Program-made: the position numbers and the translations under genes
In this document: one piece after another, positions 54,982 through 64,000 of the stretch
Position numbering within the stretch: position 1 is the stretch's first letter
Layout of the letters: each line of letters opens with the position of its first letter
NCBI GenBank assembly: GCA_041742135.1
Contig: JBGSJG010000004.1
Span: 299,773 to 363,772, forward strand
Source of the DNA: Patescibacteria group bacterium
GTDB taxonomy: Bacteria > Patescibacteriota > Microgenomatia > UBA8517
Length of the DNA: 64,000 nt
Direction of reading: 5' to 3'
Notes under the pieces: model-generated
The model's database searches: none
What the model was told of the DNA's origin: nothing
What the model saw: only the letters and a program-made list of their open reading frames with translations

Positions 54982-55454
54982 GCGCTTGCTACCCACCAGA
55001 AAGCCGCAACAATAGTTGCCAGTTGAGTCATAACTCCCGGAACTAAAGTAGTATCTGCTTGAATCGATTTCTGAAAAGCAATCCATTTGAGTACCGCTTG
55101 GGTTTTGGCTTTTAAAAAGTAATAAGGGGCCTCAAGCAAATCGGGAAGAATACCAGAAAAAGCCCCAAACATAACATAAATAGAGTGCTCAGGCGAATTG
55201 GCGAAAGTCAGTGCCATAAAACTTACGCTAACTAAAGATAAAACCACATCAGCTAAAATTATAATTGTTGAGTTTTTGGAAACTCTGCCGTATTTTTTAA
55301 CCTCGGTATTTAAATGTGGATTCCAATGAGGGACCATGTCTAGAACAAAATGGCTCGCAAATGCCAAAGGCAAAGAAATGAGTGGATTTGGAATCTTGGT
55401 AACTATCGCGGCTCCAACCAAAGCGTGTGGAGTTTCAAGCATCGTGACTGTCAT
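54978..55454 (-). CDS. membrane protein, possible metal-dependent hydrolase (DUF457-like)
   Basis: 'ASHFVLDMVPHWNPH' is an H/D-rich motif in a 4-TM protein. Weak assignment. Confidence 0.35.
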   Translation of the reverse strand: MTVTMLETPHALVGAAIVTKIPNPLISLPLAFASHFVLDMVPHWNPHLNTEVKKYGRVSKNSTIIILADVVLSLVSVSFMALTFANSPEHSIYVMFGAFSGILPDLLEAPYYFLKAKTQAVLKWIAFQKSIQADTTLVPGVMTQLATIVAAFWWVASA

Positions 55455-55475
55455 GATATACTACTTGAGCTCACA

Positions 55476-56090
55476 ATGTCAATAATTTTAAGTTTTGGGG
55501 CTATCTTGGCTGGTGCTTATTTATTCTTGTTCGTTTTTTGGCGAAGGCTCAAGGAAGACTATTCAGGAAGCCTTATTCTTCACTCTGGCACTATTTTTGT
55601 ACTTCTTACCCTGCTCGGCGCTGTAGCAGCTAGAATTTTATCTAGTTTTTTAAGTCCCAGCGCAATATTTCTGCCATCAGGTTTATGGTTTTGGGGAGCA
55701 TGTGTTGGGTTTTTACTGGCGTTTGCGATCTCAACTCGAAAGCTCAAGCTTAAAGCTGTGGAGTCTTTTGAGGCGGCTGGCATCGCTTCTTTATATTCGT
55801 TGTTAATTGCTTTCTTGTTGAACTATTCTTGGCAACTGTTTCTTGTTACTGCATTTTCACTTGTCATTTTTAACTTCCTTGAAAGAACATATCGGAATTT
55901 TCACTGGTACAAATCCGGAAGAGTGGGTTTTTCGGGGCTAGCAGCTATCGGTTTTTTCTTTCTATTGCGCACAATCGCTGTTTTAGTAGTTGCTTCTTTA
56001 CCCTCAACGATAGGTCGAGTGGATTTGGTACTGTCCGCAGTTAGTGCTTTTTTACTTTTCTTTTCATTGTATAATTTAGCAGAAAGCTAA
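55476..56090 (+). CDS. hypothetical polytopic membrane protein
   Basis: Start at MSIILSFGAIL. 5-6 TM segments. No motif. Confidence 0.4.
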   Translation: MSIILSFGAILAGAYLFLFVFWRRLKEDYSGSLILHSGTIFVLLTLLGAVAARILSSFLSPSAIFLPSGLWFWGACVGFLLAFAISTRKLKLKAVESFEAAGIASLYSLLIAFLLNYSWQLFLVTAFSLVIFNFLERTYRNFHWYKSGRVGFSGLAAIGFFFLLRTIAVLVVASLPSTIGRVDLVLSAVSAFLLFFSLYNLAES

Positions 56091-56091
56091 T

Positions 56092-56475
56092 ATGGCAGAT
56101 CAAAAACACCCAGTTTCATTTCCTCAAAATTTAATTGAGCCTGTATCTCAATTTTTGAAGTCTCAGCTGACTAACCTTGAAAAGCGCAAGAAAGAAATTG
56201 AAACAGACGATCCGTTTTTGATTCCAGGTCGCGCTAGCGATAACGCTTCTCCTGATACAGATGCCGAGGAGCAGTTTGGCCACGCTAGAGCCAGTGCAAT
56301 TAAACTTGAGCTCGATCGTAAAATTATACAAACAAGGCGAGCCCTCGCTCGTGCCAAGGTCGGTAAGTACGGTTTGTGTACAAATTGCGGTGACATGATA
56401 GACACTGATCGGTTGATGATTTATCCAGAGGCCACACTTTGTGTTAAATGCGGGAACAAACGGGAGAAAAAATAA
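56092..56475 (+). CDS. DksA/TraR family C4-type zinc-finger protein
   Basis: C-terminal 'CTNCGDMIDTDRLMIYPEATLCVKCG' (CxxC-x17-CxxC) and an acidic coiled-coil N-terminus. Confidence 0.75.
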   Translation: MADQKHPVSFPQNLIEPVSQFLKSQLTNLEKRKKEIETDDPFLIPGRASDNASPDTDAEEQFGHARASAIKLELDRKIIQTRRALARAKVGKYGLCTNCGDMIDTDRLMIYPEATLCVKCGNKREKK

Positions 56476-57182
56476 ACCCAACAATTGTACACGAGGACGC
56501 CAATCTTCTTGTAATCAATAAACCTGCAGGCTGGATAGTTAACGACACAAACACTGCACACGGCCAGCCAACAATCCAAGAGTGGTTGCGTCGCAATTTC
56601 CAATTTCCAATTTTTGAATTTAGGGAATACAGAAATGGAATAGTTCATAGGCTAGACAAAGAAACAAGCGGCGTGCTTTTGATCGCCAAAACACCTGAGT
56701 ATTTTGAAAAATTGCAAAATCTTTTTCGAGACCGTTTGGTTTCAAAAAAATATGTTGCCTTGGTTCATGGACTGCTAAAAGAACCTACGGGGACCATTGA
56801 GGTAGAAGTAGGCAGACTTCCTTGGAACAGGCAACGGTTCGGTGTGGTTCCTGGGGGAAGAAGCTCACTTACTCGATACGAGCTTGATGGCGTTTATCGG
56901 CAGGGAGAAAAAATTTATAGCCTTGTGAATTTCTTTCCAAAGACCGGGCGAACACACCAGATTCGTATCCATGCCAAGTACATAGGTAACGCGATTGTTG
57001 CAGATCCTTTTTACGCAGGTCGCAAGACCGCGCGAAAAGATCGGATTTGGTGTAATCGTATTTTTTTGCATGCCATGGAAATACGATTTGTTGACCCGGC
57101 CACTCAAAGTGAAGTAGTCTACTCGGCGCCTCTTGCGGATGATTTAAAATCCGCACTGTCAATCCTTGAAAAGGCCCAGTAA
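56448..57182 (+). CDS. RluA-family pseudouridine synthase
   Basis: 'LLVINKPAGWIV' and the catalytic 'HRLDKETSGVLLIAKT'. It lacks an N-terminal S4 domain and overlaps the DksA gene end by ~28 nt. Confidence 0.85.
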   Translation: MREQTGEKINPTIVHEDANLLVINKPAGWIVNDTNTAHGQPTIQEWLRRNFQFPIFEFREYRNGIVHRLDKETSGVLLIAKTPEYFEKLQNLFRDRLVSKKYVALVHGLLKEPTGTIEVEVGRLPWNRQRFGVVPGGRSSLTRYELDGVYRQGEKIYSLVNFFPKTGRTHQIRIHAKYIGNAIVADPFYAGRKTARKDRIWCNRIFLHAMEIRFVDPATQSEVVYSAPLADDLKSALSILEKAQ

Positions 57183-57202
57183 TCTCGCTAAGCTAAAAAT
57201 AC

Positions 57203-58873
57203 ATGGATTTTGGGCAAATAGCGTTTCTTTTGGTCGTCGCAGCATTTGCTGGTGTGGCAGCAAAGCTTATTCGACAGCCGCTTATTATTGGATACTTAAT
57301 TAGTGGAGTTGTTGTGGGCTCGCTGGGACTTGTGGGAGACGCTCATGAGCTTGAAGCTTTAGGCAAAATCGGAGTCACGCTTTTGTTGTTTTTGGTCGGC
57401 CTTGAAATGAACCTTTCAGAGCTCCCTTCGGTAGGGAAGGTGGCAATTGTCGCGGGCTTGGGTCAGATTATTTTTACCTCAGTGTTTGGATTTTTAATTG
57501 CAACTGCTTTGGGGTACGGTGCCCTGACCGCCATTTATTTGGCGGTTGCGCTTACATTTTCCTCAACAATAATTATCATCAAACTTTTGTCTGAGAAAAA
57601 TGACCTAGGAAGTCTTTATGGTAAAGTTTCGATTGGATTTTTGCTTGTTCAGGACCTGGTGGCGATTTTGATTCTTATGTTTTTGTCCGCCCTTAAGACC
57701 GAAACATTTAGCTCCACCACATATTTATTTGTTGTTCTCAAAGCAGTAGCTTTGATTGTTGTTGTTTGGCTATTGGCTAAAAAAGTTTTCCCTATACTTT
57801 TTGGTCGCTTGGTTGATTATTCGACGGAACTTCTGTTTGTGGTTAGTATCGCTTGGGCTTTAGGGCTTTCTGCGTTGGTTGGGGGCCCACTTGGGTTCTC
57901 TCCCGAAATAGGCGGATTCTTGGCGGGGCTTTCTTTGTCTACTCTTCCAGATCATCTTCAAATCTCATCGCGAACACGGCCTCTTCGTGATTTTTTCTTG
58001 ACATTGTTTTTTGTGATTTTGGGAACCAATTTTGTAATTTCGGATGCCCATGAGATTGTGCTTCCGGCGATTATTTTTTCAACATTTGTTTTGATTGGGA
58101 ATCCACTTATTGTTATGGTTCTTCTGGGAATAATGGGGTATCGAAAGCGGACCAGCTTTTTAGCCTCAGTTACAGTGGCTCAAATTTCGGAATTTTCTTT
58201 GATTTTGATGGCGATGGGTGTTAGCCTTGCTCACGTAACCGATAGTGAGGTGGCGTTAGTTGTGGTGGTCGGCGTGATTACAATGACCGCCTCCACATAC
58301 TTAATTTTGCAGGCAGACAGAATATTCAAAGTTATCGCACCATTTTTGTCGATTTTCGAGCGCAAGAGCAGTCATGAAATTTCGGTGCACGCGCCTGTTA
58401 AAAAAACAGACCATGTTGTCTTGGTTGGAAGTCACAGAACCGGGACGCGACTATTGAGCACGCTTAAAAAAGGCGACAACAACTACGTGGTGGTAGATTT
58501 TAATCCTAATACCGCAAACCGCTTGTCGGCGGCAAAGATGCCCGTCATTTTCGGGGACATTACAGACAGTGACATTTTGGAGTCTGCAAACGTGGCTGAG
58601 GCCAAGCTTGTTGTTTCAACCACCTCAGACATGCACGACAACCTTGTTCTACTGGGCTACATTAAGAGTAAGAAATCCAAGGCAATAACAATTTTGAAAT
58701 CAGCAACAAAACTCGAAGCTATCAAGCTGTATGCAAATGGGGCTGATTATGTTTTGGTGCCCGAGGTCTTGGCCGGGGAGCATATTAGGCATGTTTTAAA
58801 AACTTACGGAGTATCTGCTAAGACAATTCACAAGCTTGGTGTGAGCCATCTTAAACGCCTGAAGAAATTGTAA
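57203..58873 (+). CDS. CPA2-family cation:proton antiporter (Kef-type) with C-terminal RCK/TrkA-N domain
   Basis: 12-13 TM Na+/H+ exchanger-like core and a C-terminal Rossmann 'HVVLVGSHRTGTRL'. Confidence 0.8.
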   Translation: MDFGQIAFLLVVAAFAGVAAKLIRQPLIIGYLISGVVVGSLGLVGDAHELEALGKIGVTLLLFLVGLEMNLSELPSVGKVAIVAGLGQIIFTSVFGFLIATALGYGALTAIYLAVALTFSSTIIIIKLLSEKNDLGSLYGKVSIGFLLVQDLVAILILMFLSALKTETFSSTTYLFVVLKAVALIVVVWLLAKKVFPILFGRLVDYSTELLFVVSIAWALGLSALVGGPLGFSPEIGGFLAGLSLSTLPDHLQISSRTRPLRDFFLTLFFVILGTNFVISDAHEIVLPAIIFSTFVLIGNPLIVMVLLGIMGYRKRTSFLASVTVAQISEFSLILMAMGVSLAHVTDSEVALVVVVGVITMTASTYLILQADRIFKVIAPFLSIFERKSSHEISVHAPVKKTDHVVLVGSHRTGTRLLSTLKKGDNNYVVVDFNPNTANRLSAAKMPVIFGDITDSDILESANVAEAKLVVSTTSDMHDNLVLLGYIKSKKSKAITILKSATKLEAIKLYANGADYVLVPEVLAGEHIRHVLKTYGVSAKTIHKLGVSHLKRLKKL

Positions 58874-58884
58874 GTTTATTTCAA

Positions 58885-59757
58885 ATGCCTGCCCGACACC
58901 GCCCTAGAAAAAATCAAAACATACAACCAAAGAGCAAGCTTCGGCTGTTCTTGTTTTTTGGCGTACTTATAATTATGGTCTTGGGTCTTTTGGGAATAGT
59001 ATTTTTCGCGCCAAAATTGAACTATTTTACTGTCGCAGTTGCCACCGATCAAGGTGAAATAATAGTTCAGGTAGTAGATTTTAGTGAAGGCGAATTTATC
59101 GAGGTTATTGTCCCCAAGGACACCCAGCTTGAGCTTGGCATGGAAAGGGGGATTTTGCGAGGGGAGAGTGTCTGGCGGCTCATTGAGTCTGAAAAATTAC
59201 CCGGACAAATTATCTCAGATACAGTTATGCATTCTTTGCATTTTCCAATAGATTATTGGGCTCACGAAGGCGCGCTTGAAAATTTACTAAACCCAAATAC
59301 TAATTTGCCATTTTTAACCAAAGTCAGGCTCGCTCTTCTTTCAAAAGGTAAACGGCGAGAGCAAATTGACTTGGCCGAAACTTCCTATTTGCAATCTGGC
59401 CGTTTGTCAGATGGAGAAGAAGGCTTTGTGGTGGAACAAAATATGCCCGTCAAGCTACGAAGTATGTTTGCCGATAGCGATATTTTAGAAGAACAAACGG
59501 TGGTAAATGTAATCAACTCAACTGGTGAAGGGAATTACAGGCTTGATGACGTAATTGGCGTCTTGGAGGTTTTGGGAGCTAAGGTCGCGCCTGTTGTCCA
59601 AAGCGAAAAAGTCACCAGCGACTGTGTAGTTGGAGCAAAGAATCCAAATATAAGAAACAAGGTGGCACGGGTTTTTAATTGCGAGATAAGCGAAAGTGCT
59701 CCTAAGGCTTTTGATGTTGAATTGACTTTAGGAGAGAAGTTTCTAAAGAGGTTTTAG
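58885..59757 (+). CDS. LCP (LytR-CpsA-Psr) family protein
   Basis: N-terminal TM anchor. 'AVATDQGEIIVQVV...VIVPKDTQLEL' and 'ISDTVMHSLHFPIDYW' resemble the LCP core motifs (DT.ML., SIPRDT, ID.Y). Confidence 0.6.
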   Translation: MPARHRPRKNQNIQPKSKLRLFLFFGVLIIMVLGLLGIVFFAPKLNYFTVAVATDQGEIIVQVVDFSEGEFIEVIVPKDTQLELGMERGILRGESVWRLIESEKLPGQIISDTVMHSLHFPIDYWAHEGALENLLNPNTNLPFLTKVRLALLSKGKRREQIDLAETSYLQSGRLSDGEEGFVVEQNMPVKLRSMFADSDILEEQTVVNVINSTGEGNYRLDDVIGVLEVLGAKVAPVVQSEKVTSDCVVGAKNPNIRNKVARVFNCEISESAPKAFDVELTLGEKFLKRF

Positions 59758-60369
59758 TTAACGCAGGGGAAAGGAAGCAATGTTTGAAAGTGCTTCAGAT
59801 TTTTTTGTTTCTTTAATGAAAAGCTTCACTTCACTTGTTGTAGCAGATTTTATAAAAGATTCATACTCATTTCCTTGTTTAATATAAAAAATCATCCTGC
59901 TGGCAAGATCATCCGGGAGTCGTCCTATGTAAACATCGCCAAGCGTGTGTACAGCAACTTTGTGAGTTTTGGGGGTCATTTGCACACATTCTCCTGAGTC
60001 TAGATGGGCGAGAATTGCTGAATCACACAAGTTAACCAGAGTAACAATCTTGGTAATACCAGGAATTTCTAGAAAATCTTCGGGTGATCGCGAGTTTGAT
60101 GAGGGAATTTTGCCGTTAGGTTGATAAGCGTGGCATTTGGCCAGGAACTTAATTGCAATTGGGTTTAGAGGATCGATGGCTAATACTTTTTTTGAAAAAT
60201 TAACTGCTTCAGAGATATTTCCTGTTTGCAGACATGCCTTGGCAGCACGATTTAAGGCGTCAATGTCTTCGGGGTTATCCGCAAGAATAGTAAGATTCGA
60301 ATCAAGCGCAAGAATCCAGTCGTTAGCTAATGCAGCTAAAATTGCACGCCGGGCAAGAGTGTCGTACAT
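59758..60369 (-). CDS. hypothetical protein with N-terminal TPR-like helices
   Basis: 203 aa ORF. No catalytic motif. Confidence 0.35.
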   Translation of the reverse strand: MYDTLARRAILAALANDWILALDSNLTILADNPEDIDALNRAAKACLQTGNISEAVNFSKKVLAIDPLNPIAIKFLAKCHAYQPNGKIPSSNSRSPEDFLEIPGITKIVTLVNLCDSAILAHLDSGECVQMTPKTHKVAVHTLGDVYIGRLPDDLASRMIFYIKQGNEYESFIKSATTSEVKLFIKETKKSEALSNIASFPLR

Positions 60370-60455
60370 TCATTATGAGTATAAAGACCGCTGGGAGCTT
60401 GTCAAGCCTTTCTTGGCGGCTCTCCACTTGATGGAGTATAATTGAGTTTAAATAT

Positions 60456-61169
60456 ATGAGTGGACATTCAAAGTGGGCGACGATCAAGCGTCAAAAAGCT
60501 GCAAATGATAATGCCCGAGGTCAGGTTTTTTCAAGACTGTCGCGCGCGATTACAATTGCCGTTAAAACAGGTGGCGGCCCAACTATCGAAAATAATTACA
60601 AACTGAAAATGGCAATCGAAGCGGCTCGTGCTGAGAATATGCCTAAAGACACTATTGACCGCGCCATCAACAAGGCTTCTGCGGTTGGCGAGATCGAGGA
60701 AGTGACTTATGAAGGTTTCGGCCCAGAGGGTGTTAACGTTATGGTAAGTGCAGCCACAGACAATAGAAACCGCACTGCTCAGGAAGTCAAAAGTACTTTT
60801 GAACATTCCGGTGGTAGGCTCGCAGGACCCGGAAGCGTCGCTTTTAATTTCGACTCAAAGGGTTTTGTTTTGGTAAGCAAAAAGGGTAGCACTGACGAGC
60901 AAATACTGTCACTTATTGATTTGGGTGCTGAAGAAGTCGAGGAAGCTCTGGACGGATTGGAAGTTTATCTTTCTGTAGATTCGTTGTCGAGTTTCAGGGA
61001 AGCGCTTGTTGCTGGTGGCTATGAGGTTATGAAATACGAGGTCGTTCAAAAACCTAAAAGCGAGATAACTTTAAGTGATCCCAAGCATGTAGACAAGTTG
61101 TACGAGCTTATTGATTCACTGGAGTCGCTAGAGGATGTGCAAAGAGTTTTCGATAACGCCAATATCTAG
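60456..61169 (+). CDS. yebC: YebC/PmpR family DNA-binding regulator
   Basis: 'MSGHSKWATIKRQKAANDNARGQVFSRLSRAITIAVKTGGG' is the unmistakable YebC N-terminus. Confidence 0.9.
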   Translation: MSGHSKWATIKRQKAANDNARGQVFSRLSRAITIAVKTGGGPTIENNYKLKMAIEAARAENMPKDTIDRAINKASAVGEIEEVTYEGFGPEGVNVMVSAATDNRNRTAQEVKSTFEHSGGRLAGPGSVAFNFDSKGFVLVSKKGSTDEQILSLIDLGAEEVEEALDGLEVYLSVDSLSSFREALVAGGYEVMKYEVVQKPKSEITLSDPKHVDKLYELIDSLESLEDVQRVFDNANI

Positions 61170-61175
61170 CATACG

Positions 61176-61946
61176 ATGTCACGTAGACATAAATTTGTCA
61201 TTACTTCTATACTTTTAGCCCTTGGATTTTTGGGTATAACATTTTTGGAAAACGAGGATCGTGTGAGTGGTATAGTCGTCTTGTCTTTTCTAAGCATAGT
61301 TTTTTTTGTGTGGACTCTGCGTGGTGCGTTAGGTAAAAATGCCACATTGTTGAGTTTAATTTTGCCACCACTTTTCACTTTTGGTGTCGGTTTGTTTTGG
61401 TTTTTGTTGCCATCTAGTTTTTACGCGCGGCTACCGATACTTTTGCTTTATGGAGTAGGGGTGTATGTTATTGCCACAACCGCAAACGTGTTTTGTGTAT
61501 CAATTCACAAGAAGATAGCGCTAGCGCGAGCCGCCAAGGGCGTATCGTTCGTCTTGACACTGTTTACAGCCTTTTTATTGTACGACGCAGTGCTTTCTTT
61601 GAGGATTGGCCCTCTACTGGCAACGCTGTTACTGTTTTCCACTTCCTTTCCATTGATGCTCCAAGGGTTATGGGTGAGCAAGATTACTCGAAACATTGAA
61701 AGAGAATTGTTTATATACAGTACAGTTTTTTCACTATTGATTGCAGAGGGAGGGCTACTGTTATATTTTTGGCCAGTAACGGTCGTTGTAGGTTCACTAT
61801 TTTTGACTGTAGGAGTTTACGTGTTATTAGGCCTGGGCCAGGCCAAACTTGAAGGTAGGCTTTTTAAGCAAACTGTCTCTGAGTATATGCTTATCGGCGT
61901 TGCCGTTTTTGTTGTAATGTTTTTGTTTACCAACTGGCACGGATAA
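61176..61946 (+). CDS. hypothetical polytopic membrane protein
   Basis: 256 aa, ~7 TM. Confidence 0.4.
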   Translation: MSRRHKFVITSILLALGFLGITFLENEDRVSGIVVLSFLSIVFFVWTLRGALGKNATLLSLILPPLFTFGVGLFWFLLPSSFYARLPILLLYGVGVYVIATTANVFCVSIHKKIALARAAKGVSFVLTLFTAFLLYDAVLSLRIGPLLATLLLFSTSFPLMLQGLWVSKITRNIERELFIYSTVFSLLIAEGGLLLYFWPVTVVVGSLFLTVGVYVLLGLGQAKLEGRLFKQTVSEYMLIGVAVFVVMFLFTNWHG

Positions 61947-62725
61947 TTTTTACCCACTCAGCCTCAAGCAGGGGAGGGGGAGTACGGCAACTTAATATTA
62001 TAGGACATTATTTTCACGATACTGCAAACAAGTTTTCACGAATGTTGATAATGTTTGATATAGATGCACAAATTTGGCTTTAGTATCTGGTAGCTCTTAG
62101 AGAAGTGCTGCTACTTACTGCGATATGCTCTACTTATTAATCCATGGCTCATTGTCTTTAGCTACTCCTATGCACCAAACGTTGTTTCGCAACAAGTCAG
62201 CTTTGAGATTTATGTTGTCGCACAATAATACTTTTACGACATATATTAAATCGTCGTAGAGGAGGGTTTATGTTTACCACCATTAATAGATCTTTCGACC
62301 GATATATATGGTTCTATGAATAACATTAAACTAAGTCTCCCTTAAATTAGTGATGTGCGCATTTTTTTAGTTCCAAATTTATACCGAATATTTATAGATG
62401 TCTGATAAGACCGTATCTAAGGCTAAATAGGCACTTTTGCAAAAGGTATCCATAGTCATCTTTTGCTCCAGAGGGCCCTTAGAATTGATTTGGTGAAGGC
62501 CTCTTTACGACAAATTTACAACTCTTTAATTGCATTTTTTAATGATCGTTTTAGGATTTATATTTTTGCAATTTAGCTAAACAGCAGTGCAAGAGATGAA
62601 ACAAATACGTCTGAATAGTTTATTGTTTGAATATTTGGAATTTTAAATATATTTTCAAACCTAGCAAGAATTTCGACTATGTCGTACAATATTGACTTTT
62701 GTTTTCACTCGTGTAAACATAACTT

Positions 62726-63652
62726 ATGACACTCCCCGCCCTAGTGGATGATTTTCTTGCTTACCTCCGAGTAGAGAAGGGCTCCTCTCCCCTAACGACG
62801 CGTAACTATTTACATTATTTGTCTAGGTTCATTTCATGGCTAAAAGACAACAATATCGCGACCTCCGAAAGCTCTCTTACTCAAGAAAACATCCGAAAAT
62901 ACAGGCTATACTTAAGCTCACTTAGTGATGGCCGAGGGGGAGTTTTAAGCCAAAAGACTCAGGCCTACCATGTAATTGCGATCCGGTCCTTCCTTAAGTG
63001 GCTCATTAAAAATGACCACGACGTTTTGGCTCCAGACAAATTAGACCTTCCCAAAATTCGTGAAAGGCAAGTGAGCTTTCTTTCTGGGGACCAAGTGGAT
63101 CGCTTGCTGTCAGCGCCGAGTTTAAGCTCGATTGTGGGTAAACGAGATAAAGCAATACTGGAGCTTTTGTTTTCAACGGGGCTGCGTGTTTCGGAGCTTT
63201 GCAAGCTTGATCGCGACAAGCTTGATCTGGACAGGCGCGAGTTTGGGATTACCGGCAAAGGAGGGCGGGCGAGAGTAGTTTTTCTCTCTGCTCGAGCCGC
63301 TGAGTGGATTTCGTTGTATCTTGCGGCCCGAAAAGATCACTACACTGCGCTTTTTATCCGCCATAAAGGAAAAATTGATCCATCCGTTGAGGATGAGAAA
63401 ATGCGCCTCACTCCCCGATCGGTTCAAAGGCTTGTGAAAAAATATGCCCATAAAATGAAAATTCCAGTCGAGGTGACGCCACACGTCCTTAGACACAGTT
63501 TTGCTACAGATTTACTCGTAGCGGGGGCCGACCTTCGAAGTGTGCAGGAGATGCTTGGGCATAAGAATGTAGCTACTACCCAAATTTATACTCATGTTAC
63601 TAATAAAAGACTAAAAGAAGTTTATGAAAATTTCCACGGTAAAGGGAAGTAG
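62726..63652 (+). CDS. xerC: tyrosine site-specific recombinase XerC/XerD family
   Basis: N-terminal SAM-like core-binding domain. C-terminal 'RHSFATDLLVAGADLRSVQEMLGHKNVATTQIYTHV' contains the R..H..R..Y catalytic residues. Confidence 0.85.
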   Translation: MTLPALVDDFLAYLRVEKGSSPLTTRNYLHYLSRFISWLKDNNIATSESSLTQENIRKYRLYLSSLSDGRGGVLSQKTQAYHVIAIRSFLKWLIKNDHDVLAPDKLDLPKIRERQVSFLSGDQVDRLLSAPSLSSIVGKRDKAILELLFSTGLRVSELCKLDRDKLDLDRREFGITGKGGRARVVFLSARAAEWISLYLAARKDHYTALFIRHKGKIDPSVEDEKMRLTPRSVQRLVKKYAHKMKIPVEVTPHVLRHSFATDLLVAGADLRSVQEMLGHKNVATTQIYTHVTNKRLKEVYENFHGKGK

Positions 63653-63656
63653 AAAA

Positions 63657-64000
63657 TTATTCTTCGTTTTTCTCAAGTGCTGTCACTGCCGCAACTGAGT
63701 CATCGGCTTTGGCAAAGCGCATTAGAATAACTCCTTGAGTTGCGCGAGCTAGCTCTGGAATGTTTCTTATAGGAAGCTTGATAATTTGGCCGTGTTTACT
63801 GGTAATAATCGCCTGATCCATTTTTTCGTTGACCAACACACCTACTGTAAGATCCCCAGTTTTGGGTGTGATGCTCGCGGCCTTTACTCCCTTACCTGCA
63901 CGCCTTTGAAGAGGGAAATTTTCGAGTGTTGTTCTTTTGCCAATACCTTTTTCAGAGATAATGAGTAAATCCGTAAATGGTTTTTTGCGCTTGTCCTCAG
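63657..64000 (-). CDS. type II topoisomerase A subunit (GyrA/ParC) C-terminal beta-pinwheel, partial (continues beyond window)
   Basis: 'AGKGVKAASITPKTGDLTVGVLVNEKMDQAIITSKHGQIIKLPIRNIPELARATQGVILMRF' is a GyrA-CTD blade repeat. The reading frame stays open upstream of the listed GTG at 63839, so the gene extends to the window edge. Confidence 0.55.
   Translation of the reverse strand, partial: EDKRKKPFTDLLIISEKGIGKRTTLENFPLQRRAGKGVKAASITPKTGDLTVGVLVNEKMDQAIITSKHGQIIKLPIRNIPELARATQGVILMRFAKADDSVAAVTALEKNEE

Noticed and set aside
62000-62080. Possible dif site ('...TTGATAATGTTTGATATAGATGCAC...') near the Xer gene
   Set aside because: The resemblance to the 11-6-11 dif consensus is weak and cannot be evaluated by eye. 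It is mentioned only as something a PWM scan could test.
62726-63652. Tyrosine recombinase as evidence of an integrated element linked to the tRNA-Leu fragment
   Set aside because: It is 9 kb from the tRNA, separated by core genes (efp, rluA, yebC). It has XerC/D-like architecture next to gyrA, so it is most likely the chromosomal dimer-resolution recombinase.
63786-63968. 60-aa plus-strand ORF at the window end
   Set aside because: It lies antisense within the GyrA/ParC C-terminal coding region, whose frame is open to the window edge. It is a spurious shadow ORF.

Overview
This 64 kb window looks like part of a small, AT-rich (roughly 40% GC by eye), densely coding bacterial chromosome. Its content resembles a Candidate Phyla Radiation (Patescibacteria) genome. 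It uses the standard genetic code: TGA, TAA and TAG all terminate well-supported genes such as dnaX and cysS.

Housekeeping genes I recognise with confidence are dnaX, a YbaB/EbfC homologue, recR, cysS, typA/bipA, msrB, ychF, rpsF, ssb, rpsR, rpmE, dnaB, efp, a YebC-family regulator, an RluA-family pseudouridine synthase, a DksA/TraR zinc-finger protein, an S41 C-terminal processing protease, an HtrA protease, an Xer-type tyrosine recombinase and a partial gyrA/parC C-terminus at the window edge. There is one RNA gene, a tRNA-Leu(CAA) on the minus strand.

Between these lie many small secreted or membrane hypothetical proteins, which is typical of CPR genomes, and accessory enzymes (two aldo/keto reductases, an SDR, two HAD-like hydrolases, a HIT protein, peptidase E, a cupin, an S9-type alpha/beta hydrolase, a CcdA-thioredoxin fusion pair, a Fic protein, an Rpf-like transglycosylase, a DUF2207/DUF2130 pair and an alpha-glucan phosphorylase).

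The most unusual locus is a tightly packed, partly overlapping plus-strand operon at about 38.2-43.0 kb. It encodes, in order:
- an FAD/NAD(P)-binding Rossmann protein (UGM-like);
- a MazG-like all-alpha NTP pyrophosphohydrolase;
- a divergent ThyX-like flavin-dependent thymidylate synthase (RNR in place of RHR);
- a shortened Tmk-like P-loop dNMP kinase;
- a minimal ThyA-fold protein;
- a family-4-like UDG-fold protein that lacks the canonical motif A;
- two Nudix proteins.

I read this as either a highly derived thymidylate and uracil-exclusion module or a previously undescribed pyrimidine-nucleotide modification and sanitisation system.

Other points worth a second look:
- a tRNA-Leu 5'-fragment duplication carrying an embedded palindrome;
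- a class I release factor (PAT motif) that lacks domain 1;
- two long non-coding stretches, of about 445 bp and about 780 bp;
- a set of GC-rich nested hairpins in a divergent intergenic region.

No CRISPR array, rRNA or clear transposase was seen.

All calls rest on motif-level reading of the supplied six-frame translations and the nucleotide sequence. No database search was run.
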